Shown in pieces: positions 18,362 through 25,979 of a stretch of 31,616 nt of DNA (the first letter of the stretch is position 1; the number at the start of each line of letters is the position of its first letter). The translations under genes were made by a program, and so were the position numbers. Below the pieces are notes generated by a model. The model ran no database searches. It worked only from the letters and a program-made list of their open reading frames with translations, and was not told the origin of the DNA. Source of the stretch: a virus (lineage: Duplodnaviria; Caudoviricetes). The DNA lies in IMG/VR virus record IMGVR_UViG_3300021185_000008, positions 1-31,616 of that record; one strand, written 5' to 3'.

Positions 18362-18388
18362 TATAATAAAAATAACCATTATATGTAT
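18362..18388 (-). promoter_or_regulatory. Putative late promoter variant ATACA-N16-ATTATA
   Basis: Same spacing; ends 5 nt before the ATG at 18356, right after a terminator. Confidence 0.55.
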
Positions 18389-18395
18389 AAAAAGG

Positions 18396-18418
18396 AAAAG
18401 GCAGCATTTCTGCTACCT
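18396..18418 (-). terminator. Rho-independent terminator
   Basis: AGGTAGCA-GAAA-TGCTGCCT-TTT on the minus strand. Confidence 0.65.
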
Positions 18419-18451
18419 AATCCCCCAACTAATCAAAATGAAATTTTAATA

Positions 18452-18685
18452 CTAATTAACTATATGGTGCTCATGTAAATATCTATATACTTTTTCTAAA
18501 GCTTTCTCCAGTTCTATAGAGTTTTGATTATATAATTCTTTACCTTTTATGTAATTATAATCTATAGATGCTATTAGCATAACTTTTGGAGGTTTTTTAT
18601 AATTACCACCGCCCTGAGGTTTCTGAATAACTTTAATATTATTATCCCAGCATTGTTGCAATATTTCATGGTATTCTAAATCCAT
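18452..18685 (-). CDS. Hypothetical protein
   Basis: 77 aa ORF on the coding strand, overlapping the upstream small ORF. Confidence 0.6.
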   Translation of the reverse strand: MDLEYHEILQQCWDNNIKVIQKPQGGGNYKKPPKVMLIASIDYNYIKGKELYNQNSIELEKALEKVYRYLHEHHIVN

Positions 18686-18822
18686 CCTAGGTCATATCTT
18701 AAATATAATAAAAAATACAATGATGCATACATAAACGTAAGGCTTAATACATTAAATAGTATTCCTAGTGCTATATTTTTAAATGTAAATATTTGTTTTA
18801 GTATTTCTTTGTTTTGACTCAT
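18676..18822 (-). CDS. Small membrane protein (48 aa, not in ORF track)
   Basis: MSQNKEILKQIFTFKNIALGILFNVLSLTFMYASLYFLLYLRYDLGWI; one hydrophobic helix. Confidence 0.55.
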   Translation of the reverse strand: MSQNKEILKQIFTFKNIALGILFNVLSLTFMYASLYFLLYLRYDLGWI

Positions 18823-18842
18823 AATATAATTATTGGTTATAC

Positions 18843-18866
18843 AAAAAGGGGAGTTGCCTCCCCCTT
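18843..18866 (-). terminator. Rho-independent terminator
   Basis: GGGGAG-GCAA-CTCCCC-TTTTT on the minus strand. Confidence 0.75.
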
Positions 18867-18871
18867 GTTTT

Positions 18872-19069
18872 TTAATTATCCCCGTGAATGGAAATTAATT
18901 TAGTCTGCAAACTTATTAATTCTTTTATTCTGGTACTTGCTTGATCTGCTATAGTTACCGATCCGTAAACCATAGTGTCATCTTTTAATTCTTTAGTTGC
19001 ATAAATTATTTGTGTTTGCGTGTAATCAAGTAACTCAAATAATTCTTTTTTTGTAATTGCATTTTCCAT
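18872..19069 (-). CDS. Hypothetical protein
   Basis: 65 aa helical ORF between a host-type promoter and a terminator. Confidence 0.55.
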   Translation of the reverse strand: MENAITKKELFELLDYTQTQIIYATKELKDDTMVYGSVTIADQASTRIKELISLQTKLISIHGDN

Positions 19070-19101
19070 TTTAATAATTGTTTTGTTGTTATTTTATAGT
19101 G

Positions 19102-19125
19102 CTAATATATAAACAAATTATTAAC
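19102..19125 (-). promoter_or_regulatory. Putative host-type promoter (TATATTAG, variant of Bacteroidota TAnnTTTG)
   Basis: Shares upstream TTGTTTATAT with the 25207 and 29215 sites. Confidence 0.45.
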
Positions 19126-19153
19126 TAACTACATTTAAACAAAACTTTAACGT

Positions 19154-20326
19154 TTAATAAATATGGTATTCCCCTTTATGTGGATTCTCTAAGATAGAGC
19201 TTAATATATATCTAGCAGCATCAATGCAGTGATCACCACTAGTTGGATTTGGTTTCTGTAATGTATTACCTTGTTTGTCCTGCATCCAAATGTAGCCATT
19301 CAATTCTTTTATTAGATTTTTACTACGTTGCGTTACGTATATCCTATTTTGATTAATAAGGTTTATACCATACACTATTGAATCCCTACCTTTACTAACT
19401 GGATATATTAAATGTCCATAGCTTAACAATTCTGCTATTGACTTTGGTTCAGCACTATCCGCATAAATAATTTCCCTTACCTGATTGTTATTTAAGAATT
19501 GACTAATATCACTATTTAGCATTCCCTTTTTATTTAGTACCTCATCAAATATATAAGAATCGTTGTATTTATATAAAGCAACTAGAGTACTTGGATCTAC
19601 ACTATAGCCAAAATCCATACCGTATCCTAATAATCTTGCTTCCATAGGTACATCATTAATTTCCATCCAGTCAGGAATACACGCACCCTCTAAACTACCT
19701 TGCTCCCCTAATCCATAAACTTTCCACCAGTTAGACCAATACGTAGATGTCTTAGCTTTCTCCTTAGCTTTTTCTATCTCCTTTACAATGGATTCAGGTA
19801 ATGCATTATTGTCTTTATATGTTAGAGTAATATAATCTGTATCAGGTTGCCCTATTAATTCTTTATCCACCCAAAACAAACTGGATGGGTTATAATCCAA
19901 CCATATAGATCCGCTAGTTCTTGTAGCTAATTGTGTGTAAGCATCAAATGGTACATTGTTGCACTCATTAATATATAGATCAGTTCTTCTTGCCCCTCTA
20001 AGTTTATCAGGCTGATCCGTGGAAAAAAACTCTATATAACTCCCGTTTGTAAAATTGTATTTTAAAGTACTTTTATTATACTGCGAATCATTATATCTAT
20101 TAAGACCATTTAGGATGCTTAAGAAGTCTTTTAAAGCACCTCTACGTAGATGCGGGACAGATTCAGATACTACACTAATCTCCCTATCTTTATTTTTAAT
20201 TGCATAATCAATTAATAAGCATAAGATTGATACAGTTTTAGAAGCTGACGTGCCTCCTTTAACTATTCTTACCCTGCTTTGTAAATCTTTTAGCCTATGA
20301 AATGCTATAGTTTTTTTTACTCGCAT
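19154..20326 (-). CDS. terL: Terminase large subunit (PBSX-like)
   Basis: Walker A KGGTSASKT, LRGARR, Walker B variant LYINE, DYNP, nuclease motifs GMDFGY..DP, ADSAEPKSI, DHCIDAARY. Confidence 0.93.
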   Translation of the reverse strand: MRVKKTIAFHRLKDLQSRVRIVKGGTSASKTVSILCLLIDYAIKNKDREISVVSESVPHLRRGALKDFLSILNGLNRYNDSQYNKSTLKYNFTNGSYIEFFSTDQPDKLRGARRTDLYINECNNVPFDAYTQLATRTSGSIWLDYNPSSLFWVDKELIGQPDTDYITLTYKDNNALPESIVKEIEKAKEKAKTSTYWSNWWKVYGLGEQGSLEGACIPDWMEINDVPMEARLLGYGMDFGYSVDPSTLVALYKYNDSYIFDEVLNKKGMLNSDISQFLNNNQVREIIYADSAEPKSIAELLSYGHLIYPVSKGRDSIVYGINLINQNRIYVTQRSKNLIKELNGYIWMQDKQGNTLQKPNPTSGDHCIDAARYILSSILENPHKGEYHIY

Positions 20327-20356
20327 ATAGGAAAAGGTATAGGGTTTTGGTTATCC

Positions 20357-20599
20357 CTAATCTTCCATGAACAACGGTAGATCCTCGTTGATAGTAATAT
20401 CTTTAGTCTCTCTTGGTTTACCTGCATAATAATTATAAAAAAGTTGCACGTATTTAAAATCAGCATTTTTCAATCCTTTCTGTAATGCCTCAAAGGCTAA
20501 AGGCTCTAATGGTGTTAGCTTTTCTATTAACTCTATTTCTTCCGCTTTGGATTTCCTTCCAGCAGTCTTATGACCTCCATTATTTTTTCTGCCATCCAT
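20357..20599 (-). CDS. terS: Putative terminase small subunit
   Basis: 80 aa, MDGRKNNGG...AGRKSK...YYAGKP, directly upstream of terL. Confidence 0.6.
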   Translation of the reverse strand: MDGRKNNGGHKTAGRKSKAEEIELIEKLTPLEPLAFEALQKGLKNADFKYVQLFYNYYAGKPRETKDITINEDLPLFMED

Positions 20600-20624
20600 G
20601 ATTAAAAAAGTTTATTAATAATTA

Positions 20625-20651
20625 TACAATAGTATAAAAACAAATCTGTTA
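20625..20651 (-). promoter_or_regulatory. Putative late promoter TAACA-N16-ATTGTA
   Basis: Exact motif at the start of the terminase/late region. Confidence 0.75.
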
Positions 20652-20654
20652 ATA

Positions 20655-21089
20655 CTAAGCGTACTTATTACACTCCTTCAACCTTTCCTCTGCTGATATC
20701 AGTCTATCTGATAAATCTTTATTCATATCAACTAGATTAAGATTCTCTTCTTTAACTCTTAAATACTTATCCATAAATACCTCATTAGATTCATTAGCAA
20801 GATCCTGCTCATCTAAAAGAGTTTGTATTTTAGTTTTTAATCTTATATAATTTGATTTTAAACCTACGTTTTGACTTGACCAGTTATCAAAATTCTGCAA
20901 GCCCCATAAAACGGTAGCATGATCTTTGCCAACTGATTTACCTATTTGGGATAATGTGCTAAACGTATATTCCTTACATAGTTTATAATATAAAGCTCTA
21001 GCTTCTACTATCTCCCTTTGTCTTCTTTTGGTATTAATATCTATTTTAGTACTTGATGTTACTAATCTCTCAATCGTTTCTATTTCCAT
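20655..21089 (-). CDS. DnaA C-terminal-like HTH protein with coiled coil
   Basis: RQREIVEARALYYKLCKEYT..TLSQIGKSVGKDHATVL matches the DnaA domain IV signature (IG...RDHTTV). Confidence 0.8.
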   Translation of the reverse strand: MEIETIERLVTSSTKIDINTKRRQREIVEARALYYKLCKEYTFSTLSQIGKSVGKDHATVLWGLQNFDNWSSQNVGLKSNYIRLKTKIQTLLDEQDLANESNEVFMDKYLRVKEENLNLVDMNKDLSDRLISAEERLKECNKYA

Positions 21090-21303
21090 CTTTTATTATT
21101 AATTTTATTTCTTTTAATGTTAAAAAATTACTTTCATCTATCGCTTTAAGTATTCCTGCACAAGCTTCATACACTTCATCCTCTTCATATATCTTTACGA
21201 TTCTTTCCAGCTCATCCACAGAAACACCTTTAGAGATATCCAGTAAAGCTAATTTATAGTATTCATCTATTAATTCTTTAACTAAGTGTTCCGGTGATGA
21301 CAT
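21070..21303 (-). CDS. Hypothetical protein
   Basis: 77 aa acidic ORF (YEEDEVYEACAGI), overlapping both neighbours. Confidence 0.6.
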   Translation of the reverse strand: MSSPEHLVKELIDEYYKLALLDISKGVSVDELERIVKIYEEDEVYEACAGILKAIDESNFLTLKEIKLIIKDGNRND

Positions 21304-22315
21304 ACTCGTTTATTTCTTCGGAACGGTCAACAAAATATTTTTGGAATATTCTAAGACCGTACTCCACTTTATCTCTTCCAGAATTGTAAAAACTTTCTTC
21401 TACATCCCATATCCCTAGATCACCTGATTTTTTATCTATTACAAAAAATTTAAAATCTTTATAATCTACATTAAATAAATTACAATAGATATAGACTTGG
21501 ACATCATAGCCATATTTCTTAGATGCCCACTCGAATCCTTTTATATCGGAAGTAGTCTTCAAATCAGCTATATAATCAAAACCTAATATATCAGCTTTGC
21601 CTCTAAAAGGGAAGCCATTTAATATGTCAAACGCTGGTACTTCAAACTTTGCTCCGCGAGTATATTCTTGCCATATATCATTTTGAAGTAAAGCATCCAC
21701 TGTATACATAGCACGATCATATTCTTTCCTAGTATATACAAATTGAGCACTCCCCACTTCTTCTACTTTTTCTTTATACTTTTTAGTGACCGCTGATTGT
21801 ACCTCCACAACATGACACAATGAATCTATTTTATCAGGTTCTAATGCTGCTAAGTGTATTAGTCTGCCTATTTTAAATGCGCTACTATCAGAATGGAAGT
21901 TCAGGGATCTAGCATAGCTTTTTGGCGAATCCAGTAAATATTTAATAGCTGAACTGCTTAAAGCATACTTACCAAGCTCACCGTAGTAAAAGCTATCATC
22001 GTACATCTTACTAATTAATTCCTCTTTATTCCATACCTTTCCATTTAAAAGTTGAATCCTTTCTATCCTTTCTTTACTTTTTGTATGTATGGATCTCATT
22101 TCAGATATAGGTATAAAACATGAATCAGGGCCTTTAACAGAGGGTACTAAGTTTAATTTTAACGCCTCCAACTCCTGCTGGGTTTCGAATTTATATTCCT
22201 TGTCGTTAATTACTATATTAACACCACCACCTTTTAAAGCCCAATCCATGAATTTAATGGTTGGTGTTTTAAATGTTATATGTTTCCATTCTGGTTTCTT
22301 AATTACATCTATCAT
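21278..22315 (-). CDS. PD-(D/E)XK exonuclease, RecE/ExoVIII-like (DUF3799-type)
   Basis: LSSSAIK..SP, GRLIHLAALEP, RGKADI, ADLKTT, YGYDVQVYIY. Confidence 0.8.
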   Translation of the reverse strand: MIDVIKKPEWKHITFKTPTIKFMDWALKGGGVNIVINDKEYKFETQQELEALKLNLVPSVKGPDSCFIPISEMRSIHTKSKERIERIQLLNGKVWNKEELISKMYDDSFYYGELGKYALSSSAIKYLLDSPKSYARSLNFHSDSSAFKIGRLIHLAALEPDKIDSLCHVVEVQSAVTKKYKEKVEEVGSAQFVYTRKEYDRAMYTVDALLQNDIWQEYTRGAKFEVPAFDILNGFPFRGKADILGFDYIADLKTTSDIKGFEWASKKYGYDVQVYIYCNLFNVDYKDFKFFVIDKKSGDLGIWDVEESFYNSGRDKVEYGLRIFQKYFVDRSEEINEYVITGTLS

Positions 22316-22617
22316 TATTTATCCTTTACAAAAGTCCCATTTATCATTTTACCTGTTCTACCTGATATTTCAGAGTACGCCCCTTCAATACAGGATTCTA
22401 TTTTAGTACCGCATAAATGAGCCAAGTTGGTTAATACAACAACACAATCACCAATAGCATCTTCTATATCCAATCTATTCCTTTCTAGTATAGCTTTAGA
22501 TAATTCCCCAGTTTCCTCCATTAGTTTTAGGTACTGCGTTTTAGGATCACCTTTTTCATAGATTCCTCTTTCCTCTGCCCAATCTCTTATTGGTTCTAAT
22601 TCATTGTTTAAAAGCAT
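22315..22617 (-). CDS. mazG: MazG-like nucleotide pyrophosphohydrolase
   Basis: WAEERGI...KLMEETGEL...EDAIGD..VVL...AYSEI..RTGKMINGTFVK; EExxE...D acidic motif. Confidence 0.85.
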   Translation of the reverse strand: MLLNNELEPIRDWAEERGIYEKGDPKTQYLKLMEETGELSKAILERNRLDIEDAIGDCVVVLTNLAHLCGTKIESCIEGAYSEISGRTGKMINGTFVKDK

Positions 22618-23896
22618 AATTAAAGTATTTATTTGCGTTAGATTTATTCTCTTCTTTACTACCCATAGGCCTTAACGGTTTTTTATCCGCATCCACAAAA
22701 GGTATTTTATTCTTATATATTTCTTTTAATATCTTCTTACCAATCCTCCCGCTTCTTTTCATCGTTAAGCATTTTTTAATTATTGGAGTTGATAAGAAGG
22801 GATTCCTACATTCTACAGTATTAGCCATAGAGCATCTATCTATTCTAATATGATGGTAATAAGGTAGCTCCTTAAAAACATCATACTGGAATGTGTCCTT
22901 TTTAATAGCTCGGGTATACCCACCAAAAAGCTCATCGCTACCATCCCCAGTTAGAACTGTATTTAAATTTAGCTCCTTGCATTTTTTAAACAAAAGATAT
23001 TGGGGAATAACACTACCTAAATCGTAGCTATGTTCGTACATTCTAAAAACCTCCACCTTTTCCTTTTCCGTAATATCATTGCTAATAAATATAGGATCTA
23101 TACCAAAATACTTAGCCATTTTTTTACATTGATCCGTTTCCCCATTTTCTATTGATATAGGTGTGAACTCTATTCCATTTTTAATTAAATGGTAAGCTAT
23201 TATGGATGAATCCAAACCACCAGAAAAAAGCAAGCCAACTTTATTATATTTAGTTAATGATCTAGTTTTAACGGAATCATCTATTAACTCATAAAGATTA
23301 CCATTATTAGATGGATCTTTTAAATAAGAATTTATATTATATATATTGCTAGACTTAAAAGCCATTTTAGAATTATATAGGTAAGTATAAAAATCACCGG
23401 GAATACATCTTTGCACTCGGTGGAATTTAGTATTGGATGTCCCAAATTTAGGATCAGACATTATAATAGGGTTACCCAATAAAGGTTTTATTTCCGAGCA
23501 TATCCCATTTTCATTATGGTAAAGTTGTTTCTTACCTAATGGATCCGTAAACATCCTAACTGATTTTTCCGTTACATAACACACAGCCCAAAAACCATCC
23601 CAATTTTTATATTCCGATTTAAATCTTTTGGATATAAAATTATCCTTAAACAAATCCCTTAAATAATCCAAATCGCTACTGTATTTACCAAAATCATTGT
23701 AATTAAATATTTCACCATTAAAAAATAAAAAACCATTTTTAACCTTTAAAGGCTGAACTAAATTAGTTTTATTACTGGACAGTGGTAAAGATGAGAAATG
23801 GTATTTCCAACCATAAGCATCTCCTTTAAAATGCTGTACACCCCTATGACTGATTCCATTGGGTTTTTCTTCTTTAGTTATTTGTATTCCGCACAT
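22601..23896 (-). CDS. Asparagine-synthetase-like glutamine amidotransferase (Ntn GATase + PP-loop ATP pyrophosphatase)
   Basis: Start reassigned to MCGI (N-terminal nucleophile Cys); HRG, FNGEIFN, DPLGKKQLY, SGGLDSS, LTGDGSDELFGGY, DRCSMA..VECRNPFL. Confidence 0.88.
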   Translation of the reverse strand: MCGIQITKEEKPNGISHRGVQHFKGDAYGWKYHFSSLPLSSNKTNLVQPLKVKNGFLFFNGEIFNYNDFGKYSSDLDYLRDLFKDNFISKRFKSEYKNWDGFWAVCYVTEKSVRMFTDPLGKKQLYHNENGICSEIKPLLGNPIIMSDPKFGTSNTKFHRVQRCIPGDFYTYLYNSKMAFKSSNIYNINSYLKDPSNNGNLYELIDDSVKTRSLTKYNKVGLLFSGGLDSSIIAYHLIKNGIEFTPISIENGETDQCKKMAKYFGIDPIFISNDITEKEKVEVFRMYEHSYDLGSVIPQYLLFKKCKELNLNTVLTGDGSDELFGGYTRAIKKDTFQYDVFKELPYYHHIRIDRCSMANTVECRNPFLSTPIIKKCLTMKRSGRIGKKILKEIYKNKIPFVDADKKPLRPMGSKEENKSNANKYFNYAFKQ

Positions 23897-24593
23897 ATTT
23901 TTTGATATAATATAAATCACTTTTAAAACAATGAAGACTCCCTATCCACATCATTAACTCACCCGATTCCATTCCTGATTTTTCAGCTACGTGCTGTAGT
24001 AATCTGTAGGTCATATAAATATCATTCCTTAAATGCCTAACAGCGTCACAGCTACGAATATGATACGTGCAACTTAATTTTCCATTTTCTTGATAGAACC
24101 AATAACCTAAAGTGCAAGGAACTCTTACATTATTATTACTTTGGTCCTCAGGATGCCAAACGGAAAGATATGCTTGTCTGGTATTATTGTTACTCTTAAG
24201 CCTTTCTATTATATCATTTAAATCACCATACTTATATCTTAAGCCATCTAAATCACTACACCAATATCTTTCCATGTAGTTATGGCTAAACTTACCATCT
24301 TTTCTAAATAATTCATCATTATCAAATTTATCGTAATAAGGCCAATTTCTATATTCCTTACCAGGATTAATTGGCTTACCCCCTATTCTTTCCTGAAAAT
24401 GATCCTCCGCCCATGGTATATTAGGATCCGTGTCTTCTTTTATATTATCGGAAGAACCTAAATTAACATATATATTTGTTATTTCTACGAGTGGATTGGA
24501 TTTATCTATTTCAATAGATTGCCAATTAGAGTTTTTGCTATCAGTATGGTAGCTATATAGCTTGCTATAAAGTTGTTTTATTGTTTCCTTCAT
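23874..24593 (-). CDS. Thymidylate-synthase-fold enzyme, dCMP-type (hydroxymethylase/methylase-like)
   Basis: TRQAYLSVW, catalytic VPCT, RSCDAVRHLRND with Asp at the specificity position, GSLHCF. Confidence 0.82.
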   Translation of the reverse strand: MKETIKQLYSKLYSYHTDSKNSNWQSIEIDKSNPLVEITNIYVNLGSSDNIKEDTDPNIPWAEDHFQERIGGKPINPGKEYRNWPYYDKFDNDELFRKDGKFSHNYMERYWCSDLDGLRYKYGDLNDIIERLKSNNNTRQAYLSVWHPEDQSNNNVRVPCTLGYWFYQENGKLSCTYHIRSCDAVRHLRNDIYMTYRLLQHVAEKSGMESGELMMWIGSLHCFKSDLYYIKKYVRNTNN

Positions 24594-24882
24594 TTTCTAT
24601 TATATCATTTTGTTCTGCTTTTATTCCTTCCTTATAATTATTTAATGCACCTATGTAAGCTACAGCATCCAATAAGTTATCCTGCTTATGCGACCAACTT
24701 TCCCTTGCTAGTTTTAATGCAATTTGCATATTGTACAGATCCGTAATTGTTATATCCTTAGAAGACATAATTGAAGCAATAGCTGCAGCTCTTCTGTTGC
24801 ACTCACTAAAAGGCCCATACATTCTTTCTTTTTCCTCTGATCTTTTATTTACAATATTATTTGCTTCTTCCAGAATATTCAT
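24565..24882 (-). CDS. DUF6378-like protein (all-alpha NTP-pyrophosphatase-like)
   Basis: ILEEANNIV..R...YGPF...MQIALKLARE...DNLLDAVAY. Confidence 0.65.
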   Translation of the reverse strand: MNILEEANNIVNKRSEEKERMYGPFSECNRRAAAIASIMSSKDITITDLYNMQIALKLARESWSHKQDNLLDAVAYIGALNNYKEGIKAEQNDIIENEGNNKTTL

Positions 24883-25067
24883 ACACCAAGATTGTTTTTT
24901 ATAATTAACTGGGCAGAAGTTTTATTAAACTGCTTAACTCTTTGCCTATATATGGGATCGGTGCAATATTTTCTCATAGCAATAGATCTTGTGCACTTGC
25001 CATATTTTTTATCAAAATCATCCAGCTGCTTAATTTTATCGCTTATCATTTCATCTGTTATCTCCAT
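24879..25067 (-). CDS. Hypothetical protein
   Basis: Start probably MEITDEM; ATGA-coupled to the DUF6378-like gene. Confidence 0.55.
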   Translation of the reverse strand: MEITDEMISDKIKQLDDFDKKYGKCTRSIAMRKYCTDPIYRQRVKQFNKTSAQLIIKNNLGV

Positions 25068-25189
25068 GCTCTGCTTTGTAATTCCTCGTTGCATCTTTGG
25101 CGGAACGTTTCTAAATAATCCGTGTTATTTACAATCTCCTGTAATTCCTTAATACTATAGGATCTATAAAATAATTCTTCGTATGTCAT
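25058..25189 (-). CDS. Small hypothetical protein (43 aa, not in ORF track)
   Basis: MTYEELFYRSYSIKELQEIVNNTDYLETFRQRCNEELQSRAWR; first ORF after the 25207 promoter. Confidence 0.55.
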   Translation of the reverse strand: MTYEELFYRSYSIKELQEIVNNTDYLETFRQRCNEELQSRAWR

Positions 25190-25206
25190 ATCGTTTTTAT
25201 TTATTA

Positions 25207-25229
25207 CAAATATAAACAATTATTTAACA
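25207..25229 (-). promoter_or_regulatory. Host-type (Bacteroidota) promoter, -7 box TATATTTG
   Basis: Matches TAnnTTTG; upstream of the modification operon. Confidence 0.65.
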
Positions 25230-25348
25230 TCGCTACTACCATCAAACACTTTTTTTTCTAATTTTTCTATTTTACCCAAAGCTACCATTAATACTTGCTG
25301 ACAAAGCTTAAGGTCATGCTGCATTTTTACTAGAGTACTTTCTTTCAT
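25220..25348 (-). CDS. Small hypothetical protein (42 aa)
   Basis: MKESTLVKMQHDLKLCQQVLMVALGKIEKLEKKVFDGSSDVK; ATGA-coupled. Confidence 0.5.
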   Translation of the reverse strand: MKESTLVKMQHDLKLCQQVLMVALGKIEKLEKKVFDGSSDVK

Positions 25349-25614
25349 TTCTGATCTTTTATTTTTTGTATATATAAACACGCATCCATTAACTCTTCCT
25401 GTAAGTGATTTAAAAAAGAATAAAAATCATCAGGGCTATCATATAAGGTGGTACCATATTTTATAATACCATCTCTAGAACGCGAATGGAATTTATTAAT
25501 AACCTTTTGTACTATCGGATCTTTAGGTATGTTGTTATAAGAATACCCTGTGGCATCCGTAGACCATTTACCATCCTCCATCATTTCATTATATTTTTTT
25601 ATACTATCTCCCAT
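25345..25614 (-). CDS. MazG-fold / dNTP pyrophosphatase-like protein
   Basis: RSRDGIIKYGTTL...LNHLQEELMDACLY, an EExxD helix motif of all-alpha NTP-PPases. Confidence 0.6.
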   Translation of the reverse strand: MGDSIKKYNEMMEDGKWSTDATGYSYNNIPKDPIVQKVINKFHSRSRDGIIKYGTTLYDSPDDFYSFLNHLQEELMDACLYIQKIKDQK

Positions 25615-25673
25615 ATATGTATGCTTTTATTACCCATTCAAAAAACCTAAACACCAAATAACCTATTATTAAA

Positions 25674-25979
25674 TTACCCATATAAAGATTTGTATTTACT
25701 TATTTCACTTTCCAAATCCTCTATTCTTTCCTCTGCTTTTCTTGCACGTATAATTGCCCTTAGCTTTTCGGATCTATATTCTTCCAATGACTGCTCAAAT
25801 AATCTTTCATTGCAAATTAAATTATTCACATAAAGAGCAACTTGTTGCCAAGAAAAATACATTTTCTTTAGCGGTTCATTATCCGGTTTTGCTTTCTTTG
25901 ATTTTATAATATATTCCCCCACTAAATTAAAATCAGAGTAATATTCAATCTCCTTTAAATTGTTTATTTTTTTATTCAT
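25674..25979 (-). CDS. Hypothetical coiled-coil protein
   Basis: 101 aa, overlaps the upstream gene. Confidence 0.6.
   Translation of the reverse strand: MNKKINNLKEIEYYSDFNLVGEYIIKSKKAKPDNEPLKKMYFSWQQVALYVNNLICNERLFEQSLEEYRSEKLRAIIRARKAEERIEDLESEISKYKSLYG

Noticed and set aside
19960-19985. TerL Walker B reads LYINE instead of hhhDE (possible inactive terminase)
   Set aside because: The catalytic Glu and all other motifs are intact; treated as a natural variant.
22601-23896. QueC / 7-deazaguanine or PurZ pathway
   Set aside because: Motifs are AsnB-type with no QueC Cys cluster; no folE, queD, queE, dpdA or purZ was recognised.
23874-24593. Annotation as canonical thyA
   Set aside because: The specificity residue is Asp rather than Asn, and the surrounding ThyA motif (LGLPFN) is missing.
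25604-25681. 25-codon hydrophobic ORF MGNLIIGYLVFRFFEWVIKAYIYGR
   Set aside because: Fills a gap but is too short to support without homologs.
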